Source of the DNA: Squalus acanthias
Taxonomy: Eukaryota
DNA length: 64,000 nt
Assembly: GCA_030390025.1 (NCBI GenBank)
Contig: CM059432.1
Span: forward strand, 39,186,001 to 39,250,000
Direction of reading: 5' to 3'
Shown here: piece by piece, positions 12,721-27,200 of the stretch
Layout of the letters: every line of letters begins with the position of its first letter
Numbering within the stretch: position 1 is the stretch's first letter
Notes under the pieces: generated by a model
What the model was told of the DNA's origin: nothing
What the model saw: the letters and a program-made list of their open reading frames with translations, nothing else
The model's database searches: none
Program-made: the position numbers and the translations under genes

Positions 12721-13809
12721 GACAGTTAGTACAGAAGCATTTTCTTAAATACATTTATAAGTATGGTATTTTATTTTAAAAATGGTACACTGCTGTGTGC
12801 ATGTTAAAAACATTATGTAGACGGTTTGGGAATTGAGAGAACAATGCCTAAGGTCTTGTCTGAGCACTTTAGCTCATAGGACATCAAAAACATAGAACAC
12901 CCTGTTGTTGAATACTTGCAGATGTGAAACTTAAGTCATGCAATGCAGAACCATGGAACTACATAGGTCAGGCTCTGTGCCCAATACATTTTAGTGCTGT
13001 AGTACTCCTTCATCAAGAAATTTACTGCAGGTTTGGTAGTAGACAATAAACTTTGCTGAAGAAGAGCATTTAATTCCAAACGCAGCAGCTCACTTCCTTT
13101 GACCCCAACTCACCCTATTACTAAGTATAATTACATTTGGTTTGGCCAATGCAGTGATCTTGGATTGGGTTGAGGCACAGATCATTCTATTAAGTAACAT
13201 TATAATTAAGCATTTACTTATTGTATATTTTCCCATGAAATGTTTAACATGTTTTTATTCCCCTTCTCAGTAAAAAGAATCATAAAAAAGCAATAAATTC
13301 CAACTGGTATTCACTTGCTGTCATTTTCCAAAAATGTCCAGCATTCCCAAACTTTGTTTTATCCTATAAAGCCATAATGAACTCCAGAAGTTAAGAGCAT
13401 TTACTCTCTTATAGGCTTTTCAGTTTGTGTTTCTAATTTAAGGGTAAGGAATGATACTTTCAATGCTTGTCTAGCAACCTGTGATACAAGTAAGTGATGA
13501 AGGTACCTGTCTTTTAAGTTTGAATGTTGGATGTGTGAATGTTTGATATACATGCCTTTTTATTAATTCATCCTTATAACCATTTGATTCAAGTTCGGAA
13601 AGTAGTAGTTTATTCTTTTGCATTGGTATGGGCAATAACACTAATGTGTGACACTTGATAACACTTTGCATAATTGAATGTATAATTGTTGAAAATTATA
13701 TACAGCATATGTTACATGAAATTAATCAAGACATCACCAAAATCATTCAAATTTTGCACTAATTCTTAAACTACAGCTATAGTAATACCAATTCCAATAT
13801 TATTGTCTG

Positions 13810-14235
13810 AAAGAAAGAAAGGACTTGCATTTATGTAGTACCTTACAATGTCCTCATGGTATCGCAAAGCACTTTACACCAATGGATTATTTTTGAAGTA
13901 TAGTCACTGTTGTTGAACACAACAAGATCCTACATTCACCAAATAAATGACCAGATAATCTGTTTTTGGTGGTGTTGGTTGAGGATAGAATGTTAGTCAG
14001 GACATCAGGAGAATTTCTTGCTCTTCTTCAAACAGTGCCATGAGATCTGTTACATCAACTTCAGTAGGCAAGGCCTTGGATTAACATCTGATCCAGAAGG
14101 CAGCAATCCAATAATGCAGTACTTGCTCAGTACTGAAGCATAGCCTGGATTATGCGTTCAAGTCTGTAGTGGAGCTTAGACCTACAACCTTCTGACTCAA
14201 CGGAAAAAGTGCAACTGACCGAACAAAGCTCACGC
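13810..14235 (-). mobile_element. Deu-domain SINE, diverged
   Basis: Reverse-strand match to 28598-29043. Confidence 0.75.
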
Positions 14236-14302
14236 TGAAATAGGCTATAATTTCACTGCTGAATTGAGTCACCGTTTTCATTATCTCATTATTAGGAATC
14301 TA

Positions 14303-14420
14303 CTGTTTCCTACATTACAACAGTGACTACACTCCAAAAGTACTTCATTGGCTGTAAAGCACTTTGAGACGTCTGGTGGTCATGAAAGGTGCTATATAAA
14401 TGCAAGTCTTTCTTTTCTTT
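14303..14420 (+). mobile_element. 3' tail of DeuSINE/L2-type element
   Basis: CCTACATTACAACAGTGACT...GCTATATAAATGCAAGTCTTTC. Confidence 0.75.
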
Positions 14421-14807
14421 ATTTAACATTGAAATGCACACAGTTATCAGTTGTGAGTTGGTAAAACACTGGGGCTGATTTTCGTTTTGATAGCACATTG
14501 GGCCTGATGGCACCAGATAGAGGCCCGAACCATTTACATGGTCGGACCTCATTAGAATACATTCGCTGAGCTGCCAGTGCTGTACGAAGATTGATTGGTT
14601 TCACACGTCCTTACAGTCCTTGACTATTTTCTAGCACTTTCCTCATTTCTGATTTGTACTTTCCCATTCTCTTTCATTCTGATTTTCTGCTGTTTTACTT
14701 TAAGTCAACTAACAAAGTGTGATAGGGAAAATGATACAGGAAGTAAGTGACACTTACAAGAAGTTCATGTTATATTTGAGACCTTTAAGATATGAAAGAT
14801 GTGAAAA

Positions 14808-14886
14808 GAGATAGATAGAAGATAGATAGATAATAGATAGATAATAGATAGATAGAAAGATAGATAATAGATAGATAGATAGATAA
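14808..14886. repeat. (GATA)n microsatellite
   Basis: Direct reading. Confidence 0.95.
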
Positions 14887-15679
14887 ATAATTCCACTGTG
14901 GTGGTCATAATAAATTGACAAACAAAACGATCTTTCTGATGTATGACCATTCTCACCAGCACTGCCAATTTCTAAAACCTCTATTATTAAACATGTGGTG
15001 ATGAATAAGCACGATAGGATGTTTAAAACTTTAAGGTGGTTGCTACAATGCTCAGTGGTGTAGGGTGTGTGACCGTGCTATGGCCAGGAGGATAGTGGCA
15101 ATTAACTCACACATTTTACGATGAGCTGTACTGCTTATCTATTCTGCTCATGAGCTCCTGGTATCTGTTGTTCATCCAGTGAGAGCACAAGTCAGATTTG
15201 CAGTAGCCTTGTGCACTGTTAATGATTTACCCTCTAGCCTGGTTCAGTACTGAAACCTGATGGGGTAGACCTGACACTGGGGACTGGGATTCTTCCCACT
15301 TGGCTCCAGATAGCCCTACAAGCCAATGGCCCAATGGGGAGTGTAGTCCTAGCTGGACAAGCAGTGAAGAACTTATCAGTGCTCTGTACACATAAGTGTA
15401 CTTTCCAGCAAGTCACTGGAAAGCAAACAAAAGGAGGAATCACATTATTGATAGATTAATGGTGCCAGGATTAGTTAGAGATTCGGCTACCAGCAATCCA
15501 AATTGCATAATACTGCACCTGGAAAGCTGAGCCCACAAGAATTGCACTATGTTACTTCCTTATGGAGATAAGAAATAAATTTTGTTACAACATTTCCTTC
15601 CACCATTCTTTAATAAACTACAAGACGTTAGCTATTGCAGACAATAGCCAGTGCAGACAATAGTTATGGCGTGAATAGT

Positions 15680-16271
15680 TATGGCTTTTGTCACCTCTAG
15701 ACTTGACTATTCCAGCACACACTTGGCCCACCTCCCACGTTCTACCCTCCATAAACTTGAGGTCATCCAAAACTCTGCTGCCCGTGTCCTAACTTGCACC
15801 AAGTCCCGTTCGCCCATCACCCCTGTGCTCACTAACTTACATTGGCTCCCAGTAGAGCAACACCTCAATTTTAAAATTCTCGTCCTTGTTTTCAAATCCC
15901 TCCGTGGCCTCACCCCTCCCTACGTCTGTAATCTCCTCCAACCCTACAACCCTCCGAGATATCTGTGCTCCTCTAATTCTGGCCTCTTGAGCATCCCTGA
16001 TTTTAATCGCTCCACCATTGGTGGCTGTGTCTTCAGCTGACAAGGCCCTAAGCTCTGGAATTCCCTCCCTAAACCTCTCCGCCTCTCTACCAATCTTTCC
16101 TCCTTTAAGATGCTCCTTAAAACCTACCTCTTTGACCCAGCTTTTGGTCATCTGCCCTGATATCACCTTATGTGACTAGGTGTCAAATTCTGTTTTATAA
16201 CGCTCCTGTGATGCATCTTGGGACATTTTACTAAATTAAAAGCGCTATATAAATACAAGTTGTTGTTGTTG
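15680..16271 (+). mobile_element. L2 LINE 3' fragment
   Basis: AFVTSRLDY...IQNSAARVL...HWLPV...FKILVLVFK (L2 ORF2 C-terminus); ATAAATACAAG(TTG)n tail. Confidence 0.9.
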
Positions 16272-17562
16272 AAATGTCAATTGAAGCATTTGTATAAAGT
16301 TCTTCCTTAATTAACAATGCTAGGCTACATTTCAGCCAAAACTCAGCATGCATGAATAAAATTGGCAATAGAAGTGTCTTGAAAAGGAATTGCAGTATTT
16401 ATGCTATTTCTCTAGAGATTTCTTCCCTGCTCTACTACCATAACCTCAGCAGGATGCCAGGAGAACCCCCATAGAATTTCAGGGCCTAATTTTTTACTTA
16501 ATCGAGAAACCTAAGTGAAGAGCTAAAAAGAACAACCAAGACTAAAAACAGGAGGCTTGTGCATAAGAAGCCTTCTATTCACTATGAAGACAATGACACT
16601 GCTGCATCAAGGTCAAGGTCACTGCAATCAACTGCAGCAAATAGCGCAGCATTGTCTCCCGCAGTCAAGTTCACTGCAGCCCTGAACATCTTTGCCTTCA
16701 GCTAACTTCCAGGTTGCCACAGGAGATATCTGTCTGCAGTCCATACTTGCATTCAACAGGTGACTGATTCCTCCATCAGACTAATGAGGGGTGACCCAGA
16801 AATAGGGCTGTCCTTCCCTCACCTAACTCCTCTGGGTGGCCACTGCTTTCTCTTGCTTCGCCTACTTCCTATCCATTTCCCACTAGGGGCCCAAAATCAC
16901 CATTTACAAGTTCATTTTGCAGGGCCCCCACTGGGACAACGATTATATATGGCACTCGGTTATTTCCAAACAGACAACAAGCGCCAATGTGACGTTGCAG
17001 GCATGCCTTTATTTAACCTTTCAGAGACAATTTTAAACACCATAGACTGCAAGTATAAACGATTGACAGCCCAGTGATCCATATTAATTATTTCTATTGC
17101 TGGGGTGTGGGCGGGGTTCGTATCTTATAACTCTTGCCAGGGATTATACAAATAATTAACAGTGCCGCAAAAATGAGAGCTGCATACAGGAAAATTGAAC
17201 ACTCATTTGTTTCTGCCTATCTGTATTTGAATAATGCTACCCATTAATTTCTTGTATGGTTTTTCAGCTATCCCTGCTGTCCCTGAAGAAAGTGTAGCAA
17301 TGTAAATTACATGCAACCGAATGTTCATTGCCTCTGCACACAGATGTCCCGTTACACTGCCAGGTGCAGTTCAGAGATAGATTTCTCCTAGACAAACTTA
17401 TCTCTGCATAATAATATAAAATTAAGGAAATGTTGCGCTACCCCACTATAGTGAGTTATCTTGCTTGACTTAAAGCTAATTTGCTAACTGCCCTCTCCTG
17501 TATGCTATCCTCCTCACAGCCTTTTGCTGCCTGACTGCCCCTGAGCTTCTACAGCTCTCTCC

Positions 17563-20500
17563 AGGAACATAGGAACAGGAGTAGGCCATCCAGCCCCTCG
17601 AGCCTGTTCCGCCATTCAATGAGATCATGGCTGATCTGCGACCTAACTCCATATATCCACCTTTGGCCCCTATCCCTTAATACCTTTGGTTAACAAAATG
17701 CTATCAATCTCAGATTTAAAATTAATAATTGACCCAGCATCAATTGCCATTTGCGGAAGAGAGTTCCAAACTTCTACCACCCTTTGTGTGTAGATGTGTT
17801 TCCTAATTTCACTCCTGAAAGGTCTGGCTCTAATTTTTTAGTCTATGCCCCCTAGTCCTAGAATCCCCAACCAGCGGAAATAGTTTCTCTCTATCTACGC
17901 TATCAGTTCCCCTCAATATCTTGAAAACTTTGATCAAATCACCCCTTAACCTTCTAAATTCCAGGGAATACAACCCTAGTTTGTGTAATCTCTCCTCGTA
18001 ATTTAACCCTTGGAGTCCAGGTATCATTCTGGTAAACCTATGCTGCTCTCCCTCCAAGGTCAATATATCCTTCCTAAGGTGTAGTGCCCAGAACTGCTCA
18101 CAGTATTCCAGGTGTGGTCTAACCAGAGTTTTGTATAGCTGCAGTATAACTTCTACCCCCTTGTATTCTAGTCCTCTAGATATAAAGGCCAACATTCCAT
18201 TAGCCTTTTATTTTCTGTACCTGTTCATGACATTTTAATGATCTATGTACCTGGACCGCCACTGTTTTTAGCTTTTCCCTATTTAGAAAGTACCCTGTTC
18301 TATCCTTTTTAGGTCCAAGTGGATGACCTCACATTTGCCTCCAATTAAATCTATTTGCCACAATTTTGCCCATTCACTTAATCTATCAATATCTCTTTGT
18401 AATTTTATGTTTTCATCTACATTGTCTACAATGCCACCTATCTTTGTGCCATCGGCAAATTTGGATATGAGGCTTTCTATCCCATCATCTAAGTCGTTAA
18501 TAAATACACTGAATAGTTGAGGCCCCAACACAGATCCCTGCGGAATACTACTAGTCACATCCTGCCAATTGGAGTACCTACCCATTATCCCTTCTCTCTG
18601 TCTCTTGCCACTCAGCCAATTTCCTAACCAGGTCAATAATTTACCTTCAATTCCATGGGCTTCAACCTTAGTTAACAGTCTCATTTGAGGGACTTTATCA
18701 AATACCTTCTGGAAGTCCATATAAATAACATCCATAGACATTCCCCTGTCCACTACTTTAGTCACCTCTTCAAAAAATTCAATCAGGTTCATCAAACGAG
18801 GCCATATGGGTCGAATTGAAAAACAAAAAAGGGGCAATCACACTGCTGGGAGTGTACTACAGACCCCCAAACAGTGAGAGGGAGATAGAAGAACAAATAT
18901 GTAGACAAATTTCTGAGAAGTACAAAAATTTTAGGGCAGTAACAGTAGGGGATTTCAACTACCCCAATATTAACTGGGATAAAATTAGTGTGAAGGGTAT
19001 AGAAGGTGCGGAATTCCTAAAATGCATCCAGGAGAACTTTTTTAGCCAGTATGTAGCAAGCCCAACAAGGGAGGAGGCAGTTCTGCACTTAGTTTTAGGG
19101 AATGAAGCTGGGCAGGTAGAAGGCGTATCAGTGGGGGAGCATTTTGGTGCTAGTGACCATAATTCTGTTAGATTTAAGGTCGTTATGGAAAAGGACAAGG
19201 ATAGACCAGGAATAAAAATTCTAAATTGGGGAAAAGCAAATTTTGCTAAGCTCAGAGGGGATTTAGCTGTAGTGGACTGGAAACAGCTACTTGAAGGTAA
19301 ATCAGTGTCAGAGTAGTGGGAGGCATTCAAGGAGGAGATCCAGAGGGTTCAGACCAAACATGTGCCCTTAAAGAAAAAAGGTGGGACTGACAAATCTAGA
19401 GCCCCCTGGATGTCTAGAGACATACAGGGTAGGATAAAGAAAAAAAGGGCGGCGTATGACAGATACCGAGGGCTAAATACTCCAGAATCTTTAGAGGAGT
19501 ACAGAAAGTGCAGGGGTGCAATTAAAAAGAATTAGGAAAGCAAAGAGAGAGCATGAAAAATTCTTGGCAAGTAAAATCAAGGAAAACCCAAAGATGTTTT
19601 ATAAATATATTAAGAGTAAGAGGATAACTAAAGAAAGGGTAGGGCCTATTAGAGTTCATGAGGGTAATCTGTGTGTGGAGGCGGGAGACGTCGGTAGGGT
19701 TCTTAATAAATACTTTGCGTCTGTTTTCACAAAGGAGAGGGGCGAAGCAAACATTGCTATCGGGGGAGGAGTATGAAATATTAGATGAAATAAACATAGT
19801 GAGAGAGGAAGTATTAAGGGGTTTAGAAGCTTTAAAAGTGGATAAAACCCCAGGCCCAGATGAAATGTATCCCAGGCTGTTAAGCGAAGCAAAAGAGGAA
19901 ATAGCAGAGGCCCTGACCATCATTTTTCAATCTGCTCTGACTTCAGGTGTGGTGCCGGAAGACTCCTAATGTGGTACCCTTGTTTAAAAAGGGAGAAAAG
20001 GATAAACCGAGTAATTACAGGCCAGTCAGCCTAACCTCGGTGGTGGGAAAATTATTGGAAAGAATTCTGAAGGACAGGATAAATCTTCATTTAGAAAGAC
20101 ACGGATTAATCAAGGATAGTCAGCATGGATTTGTTAAGGGAAGGTCGTGTCTGACAAACTTGATTGCATTTTTTGAGGAGGTAACAAGGAGGGTAGATGA
20201 GGGTAGTGCATTTGATGTAGTGTATATGGACTTTAGCAAGGCTTTTGATAAGGTTCCACATGGCAGACTGGTCATGAAGTTAAAAGCCCATGGGATCCAG
20301 GGCAAAGTGTCAAGTTGGATTCAAAACTGGCTCGGAGACAGGAAGCAGAGGGTAATGGTTGATGGGTGTTTTTGTGACTGGAAGGCTGTTTTCAGTGGGG
20401 TTCCGCAGGGCTCAGTACTAGGTTCCTTGCTTTTTGTGGTATATATCAATGATGTAGACTTGAATATAGGGGGTATGATTAAGAAGTTTGCAGATGATAC

Positions 20501-21900
20501 TAAAATCGGCTGTGTGGTTGATACTGAAGAAGGAAGCTGCAGACTGCAGGAAGATATCAATAAATTGGTCAGGTGGGCAGAACAGTGGCAAATAGAATTC
20601 AATCCGGAGAAGTGTGAGGTAATGCATTTGGGGAGGGCTAACAAGGAAAGGGGATACACATTAAATGGTAGGACACTGAGTAGTGTAGAGGAACAAAGGG
20701 ACCTTGGAGTGCATGTCCATAGATCCCTGAAGGTAGCAGGCCAGGTAGATAAGGTGGTTAAGAAGGCATACGGAATGCTTGCCTTTATTAGCCGTGGCAT
20801 AGAATACAAGAGCAGGGGGGTTATGCTTCAACTGTATTAAACACTAGTTAGGCCTCAGCTAGAGTACTGCGTGCAGTTCTGGTCACCGCATTACAGGAAA
20901 GATGTGATTGCACTAGAGAGGGTACAGAGGAGATTTACAAGGATGTTGCCGGGAGTAGAGAATCTTAGCTATGAGGAAAGACTGGATAGGCTGGGTCTGT
21001 TTTCCTTGGAACAGAGAAGGCTGAGGGGAGACCTTATTGAGGTGTATAAAATTATGAGGGGCATAGATAACGTGGATAGAAAGGACCTATTTCCCTTAGC
21101 AGAGGGGTCAAAAACCAGGGGGCACAGATTTAAAGTAATTGGTGGAAGGATTTGAGGGGAAATTTCTTCACCCAGAGGGTTGTGGGGGTCTGGAACTCAC
21201 TGGCTGAAAGGGTGGTAGATGCAGGAACCCTAACCACATTTAAAAAGTACTTGGATGTGCACTTGGGATGCTCTAACCTGCAGGGCTACGGACCAAGAGC
21301 CGGGAAGTGGGATTAGGCTGGATAGCTCTTTGTTGGCTGGCGTGGACACGATGGGCTGAAATGGCCTCCTTCTGTGCTGTAACTTTCTATGATTCTATGA
21401 TCAGGCATGGCCTACCTTTCACAAACCTCACTCTGATCAACTTAAAATTTTCAAGGTGTTCAGTCCTTAATTATAGACTAGTAATTTCCCAACAACAGAT
21501 GTTAGGCTAACTGGTCTATAATTTCCTGGTATCCCTCTCTCACCATTCTTAAAAAGCGGAGTGACATGCACAATTTTCCAATCTAAAGGAACGGTTCCTG
21601 AATCGAGAGAACTTTGGAAGATTATAGTTAGGGCATCTGCAATGTGCTCACCTACTTCCTTTAAAACCCTGGGATGGAAACCATCTGTTCCTGGGGGATT
21701 TGTCACTCTTTAGTGCCATTATTTCCATGCTTATGTTAATTTTGTTGAGTCCCTGTCCCTGATTCAATATTAGTTTTTCCTTGGGATTTCCAGCACGCTA
21801 TCCTCTTCCTCTACTGTAAATACTGACGCATAGTATTTTCATTGACAATATCACCGTTATCAGTTTTCAAGGGGCCAACATTGATCCTGACCACCCTCTT
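17563..21900 (-). mobile_element. CR1 LINE interrupted by a second CR1
   Basis: ORF2 pieces at 21467-21706, 18283-18790 and 17830-18195; (TTCCTATG)n tail at 17563. Confidence 0.9.
18795..21399 (+). mobile_element. CR1 LINE, 2.6 kb (part of APE endonuclease + RT + 3' UTR), disrupted
   Basis: YRPP, GDFN and SDH endonuclease motifs; RT ORF 19947-20840; (TTCTATGA)n tail; ATCA duplicated at both junctions. Confidence 0.95.
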
Positions 21901-22339
21901 TTTCCTAATATAATTGTAAAAATCTTTTGTATTGATTTTGATATTTCTTGTTGATTTTGATACCTGTCTTAAGAGTCCCAATGTCAACTTTTAGCCAAAC
22001 TGACTAACCCCCTCAACTTCCACCGACCACCCCCCCCCCCGCTCCCTCCCCAAGCAGAATCCACTATCCTAACTTGGCAATGATTCTTGCTGAGTTAAAA
22101 TGAATTGAGTTGTTGCAGGAGCAATGATTGTGAACAAACATTGGAATGTCAAACTATCTGTCATTGTCTTCAGGCCACTGATCCAGATGCTTCATCTGAA
22201 AACTAATTGTCACTTACTAACCCTGCTGACTTGTGAATTTAACCCATTGAGAGCTAAGTTTAGCTCAATAGCAGCATTTTTAATGAGGCTTGGGCCACAG
22301 GCTGGTGTGCAAAGCAGTCACTCCGTTTTGAGTACAAGT

Positions 22340-23080
22340 CGAATTTCTCCCCAACGTTCCAAAATATTGGATCTCTTCCATAATTATTAATGCTTCTAAC
22401 TCGCAAATTTTGTTTTGAATGCTTTTTGTATTCACATAAATACCACTAAATCTGGACTTCAATTTTCTTAAATATCTTCAAATATGAGCTGCGTAGAGCA
22501 CTATATAAATATATTCCTATAAGTTGAAAAGAGGATGCATTGGCGTATTGAGTTCCATGGATAAAAGGTGATTAAAACTAAATTGAAACTTAAAAGGGAG
22601 GCAAATAATATAGTTAGTGCTAACAATACTAAAGATAATCATGAGAAATATAAAGAACGTAATAGAGAGATCAAAAAGATTAGAAGGACTAAAAGAGAAT
22701 ATGAGAAAAGACTAGCAGATAATATTAAAGGACATAGTAAAGGCTTTTATAAGCATACAATAACTAAAATAATAGTTAAAGGGAGCCACTGAGGGATGAA
22801 GGAGATAGTCTAATTGTGGAGAAGATATAGCAGAGAAAATTAATAAATATTTTGCATTGATTTTTTTACAAATGATGATCAAAGTGAGAACGTAGGTGTA
22901 CCAGAGGAGGATATAGAACTATTAAATATAACAGGAGAAACTGAATTGGTCCTGAAAAAAGTAGCAGAGCTCAAGGTGGCTGAGTCACTCGACCCTGATG
23001 GCAAGCACCCTAGGCTGTTGAAAGACATCAGAGAGGAGAGAGCAGGGGCTCTGGCCACTATTCTTTTGATCCTGAAAGAT
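22340..23080. mobile_element. Old CR1 ORF2 fragments (APE N-terminus on minus, tether region on plus)
   Basis: YVNTKSIQNKICELEA (minus); KREYEKRLADNIKGHSKGFYK and PDGKHPRLLK (plus). Confidence 0.65.
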
Positions 23081-24831
23081 GGAGTCAAACTGTCACTTGA
23101 GTTCTTCAGAACAATCTAGCCACAATTGATAACTCGAATAGAATAAGATCTATCATCACATTGTTGAAATATTTAGATTTTTGGCAATTTGCTTTGAGGC
23201 CACGTGATAACTCGTTACAAATAGTGTTTTGACTTCCCTCATTAAATTGACAACTTCTTCCAACACAGCCCATCGGAATTTCACCAAGATGTCTCCATCC
23301 TTCTTCTCCTCACTGCTCCAGCAAAATAACACGGAGTTCTCTTTCATTGTTATATTAGGTGGTGCTCTGGACTCTTTCTGTTATTTATGGGACTATTTAT
23401 CTGAGATGTTTCCACATAAAATAGCTGTCAAGAATGTATCTGTTGTTGTTGACCATATTCAATGCTACATAATAAGATGTAGAATTCCAGTTCCCCTTCC
23501 CCACTTAGAGGAACCATTAAATGTTCAATCCCATGAACTGAGATAAAGATTCCATTGTAATGCTCTGTAACGCTCATAGTACAATGAAATCTTTGTCTCA
23601 GATTTACTCGTTGAAATTCAGCGGTTCTTGGGAGTGCAGATCGATTCATTTCTCAGTTCCTATTAGTAGTTTTCACAAAGTGTTTGAAATTGACTACTCT
23701 GAGTTTGATACGTGTGCTAATGTCCTGAGTTTATACTATAACACGTTTATATAAATTTACAAATGATCATGCTCACAAGTGAGCATACCTTTTTCCCCGC
23801 ATGACTCAATTGTCTCATTATGCAGTGAAGTAGCTTTCCAGAAGTAATTTAACCTACAGCCTTCTGAAAATCCACTTGAATATGCTATAGAAATCTGTAG
23901 GAGGCAGTTAAATTATGACTCCAGGACATTGAGTGCTAATTTTTGGTTCTCAATTTTATAATTTCTAATATGATTTAGCATCAGTATTACTGTATATAAA
24001 TTATAACCACTTTACTTCAGAATTGCCTCATATGTTTACAATCATTAATGATAGCTTCCCTAATTGATAGCCTATTTCAGAATCATCGGGTCAGGTTTTC
24101 AAATTTTTTGGATCTCTGCAAATTATTTTTTGGCTTTGGTCACAATTGTTTACCTAAATAACAACAGTCATTAAATTCTAAAAGTAATTAATTGTTGGAA
24201 GCTCTTTGAGATGTTTTGGTGTGATAGGGAAGGCAAACAGGGCTTGGTTTAGTATCTCATCCAAAAGCCGGCACCCGTACTGTACTCCATCAGTACTGCA
24301 CTGAAGTGATAGCTGTCCTCAACCCACTCATTTCTAATTTAGAGGTGAGTGCTACAACTAAGTCAAAGCTAACACTTAAGATTAAATGTGTCACTGCTGT
24401 CAAATGTGGTCATTGGATTTGTTAATGCTAATTCATCTCTTGTGGTGTTAGTCACAGACAAAAACTAGAATACAATTTTTCTCCCTTTTTCCCCCCACTC
24501 CAATTCTGTGTCCCTTCTCACTGTCTTTCTGTGTGTCTTCCACTTTCTTTCTCTTTCTCCCTCTATGGTTTTCATATACTTTTCTCATTATCATGTTAGC
24601 ATCTCTGTTTCTAACTCTTTTTTCATTCCTTCTTTAAGTATCTGATTACTTCTATCCGCTCTTTCTTCTGTATGAAGCGATTTTTGGGATCATAGAGGTA
24701 CGGATATACAGCAGAAATCAGTTCCCCAGATTCCCGCTTATTTAAAGCCCTTTTCAATCTTTAAGTCTAGCCTGGGCGGGTGTCCTAAGCTCCCACCTGC
24801 AGAAGGGGGGGTGGGGGGAAAGTGATACCAA

Positions 24832-26531
24832 GGGGGAAATTTCTACTTGCTGACGCACTGGGAGCGCGGGGTGGGGGGTCCAGTAGCGCGCGGGAAACCC
24901 AAAAGTAAGTGCAGCACGTCGGTCAGTGGTTTTTTAACCCAGCCACTGCATTTGTATCTGACTTCCGGGTTTCCCGACCAATTAGGTTGAGCGGGCGTGA
25001 TGACGACCCGCATGAGTTGATTTCAACTCCAGTATTTAAAGGGACACTGCAAAGATGATATTTCATTGATTCTGGAGTTCGGAGAACAAAAGAAGGAACT
25101 GTCAGAATGGAGTCCCAACATTCCAAGTCTGCACCTTGCTTTGGTGACGCCTCCCTGAATGTGCTGCTGGGGCTGTAAGGGCCGCAGGGAGATACTGTTC
25201 CCTACTGACAGGAGGAAGATGCCTGCCAGTGAAACCTAGGAGGCGTGGCTGGAGATTGCTCATTAGGTGAGCAGCAGGAGTGTGGTGCCATGCTCCTGGA
25301 TTCAGTGCCGAAAGCGGTTTAAAGACCTAAGCAGGGCAGGAAAGGTGAGTACAGTGGCACATTCAACTACATCCTGATGTGTGTATCACACCAATCCCCT
25401 CACTCTGTCTTCTCAAGCCTACTCCAGCACATCACTCCTCACACCAAATTACAGGTGCAGGTGCACCCATCCGTCTCTGTCTATGCACTTCCTCACATCC
25501 CCATCTGTCCATCCACCACTGAAACTCACTCTCACCTTTATGCAATGTCACGCCTTGCCCTCATAGTCACCCTCAACAAATGCTGTCCATCCATCCATTC
25601 AACATGCTATTACTCTCACTCATAGGTGTCTTTTTTCCCTCCTTGCAGGAGAAGAGAGCACAGAACACCAGGGAGAAACAGAGAACGGAGGTGGTCCTCC
25701 ATCAATCTCACAACTGACAGCTGCAAAGGAGGAGACGCTGGATATCAGTGGAGTTTCAAAATGCTCGGAGATGGGGCGATGGGGGCCTCCCAGTTACCTG
25801 GTGAGAGAATTAAATATCACACTGCCACATGGCATACAACTCAAATTGATTTGCTGTCAGCAGCGAGTGAAATATGATCATATACATAGTCACCACTTAA
25901 CACTTCCTTACCTTGACAATTCTAAGTCATGTCTTTAATCTCCCACAGGGCCTTCAAGCGTCCCGCAGGAGGTGGTGCAGGAGGAGGACGATGACTCCTC
26001 AGAGGAGGTCATTCAATCTGAGGGTGCACCGTCACAGGACTCATGCAGACCGTGCTTCAGCTCAAATACTCACATTTCAGTGTAAGGAAGTTAGTTGGGT
26101 TTTCACCCGGTGACTCTCACATCACAAGTGAGCAAGAGCAGATGGTGGAGACAGGGACAGCAGTGGAGAGTCTGCGTCGCATGCTGCAGGACACTCCCAG
26201 CTCTGCTCAGTTGGACGCCGATGCTGAACCTCGGGGGCCATCGACAAAGAGGATACTTCTGGAGCAGCAGCAGAGAATGTGTGATGTACTTACAGGCGTT
26301 CCAAGCGCACTGTGCACACTTGCAGAGAGATTGGAGCAGTCCGTGTCATGCATGAGTGGCATGATGTCGCAGGCATTTGTGATGATGGCCCGGAAATTAC
26401 GGGGCCTGTGATGGCGTATGCACAGTGTACGCCGTCGTAAGTGCTGTCAATGACCCCGCAAGTTCCGGGTTTCTGCATGAAGTAAGGTCAAAAAATCTCC
26501 AATGCGCCAATGACTTAAGTCGAAATTGAGC
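24832..26531 (+). mobile_element. Harbinger derivative carrying only a Myb/SANT pseudogene
   Basis: Left end GGGGGAAATTTC; GC-rich arms; degenerate right TIR. Confidence 0.65.
25107..26388 (+). pseudogene. Harbinger Myb/SANT-like gene (exons 25107-25344, 25649-25800, 25949-ca.26388)
   Basis: MESQHSKSAPCFGDASL...WIQCRKRFKDL; same intron positions as element A; shared ETGTAVES motif; stops and frameshifts. Confidence 0.8.
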
Positions 26532-26539
26532 AGCTACTG

Positions 26540-27200
26540 TCAAATGTAGTTTGGAAGAAACTTCTAAATGTCAAGAAGTCAAAAATCATGTGAGTGAAGA
26601 ATGGTGAAAAGTCAGCAAACTTTGTGGCAAATAGCAGAAAGCTCAATTTTATTGAGAACTTGGAGGTCTTTGTTAATAATCATTTAAAATAAAAAGTGTT
26701 ACATTAGCATGGAAAATATTCACATATTTAAATGCCTATTGGAGATATAAAAATAGAAACAAAACTAAACTAGTGCAAAGCTCTCTTTCCTGTATGCTGC
26801 AGAGAACTGGACACTGAAGATTAGAAATGAGAAAAAGATCATTGAAGTATGGTGCTACCATCAGCTCTTTAAGGTACAGGACAGCTGGATGCACACATGT
26901 TTTATGTTCAAGAGATAGGTGTGAAGATGGAATTCAAGGGAGGATCATCAAGTCGAAATGCTCTACTGTAGTTTGTGACAGCACTGGAGAGATTGATAGA
27001 CAACTCAGTGGATAGAGAAGGAGACATTGTGATTTCACAGCATCAAACAGTGGTCTGATAAAATAATTTGACCTGTAGACGTATGAGCCCACAACAAATG
27101 AGACCTTATTTGAACACGTGCAGCTGTAGGGTTAGCGGATGGTGTGCAGCATCGAGTGATAATCTTAGTCTGTCCAAAAGAAGTACATTAGTTGGATACA
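26540..27200 (+). mobile_element. Degenerate RTE-clade LINE 3' fragment
   Basis: NVKKSKIM and LYAAENWTLKIRNEKKIIEVWCYHQLFK resemble the RTE motif LYGxExWT...FEMWCxRRML. Confidence 0.6.

Noticed and set aside
23156..23649. Minus-strand ORFs with HTH-like QIAKNLNIS
   Set aside because: Too short and weak to assign (possibly a transposase relic); needs a translated homology search.
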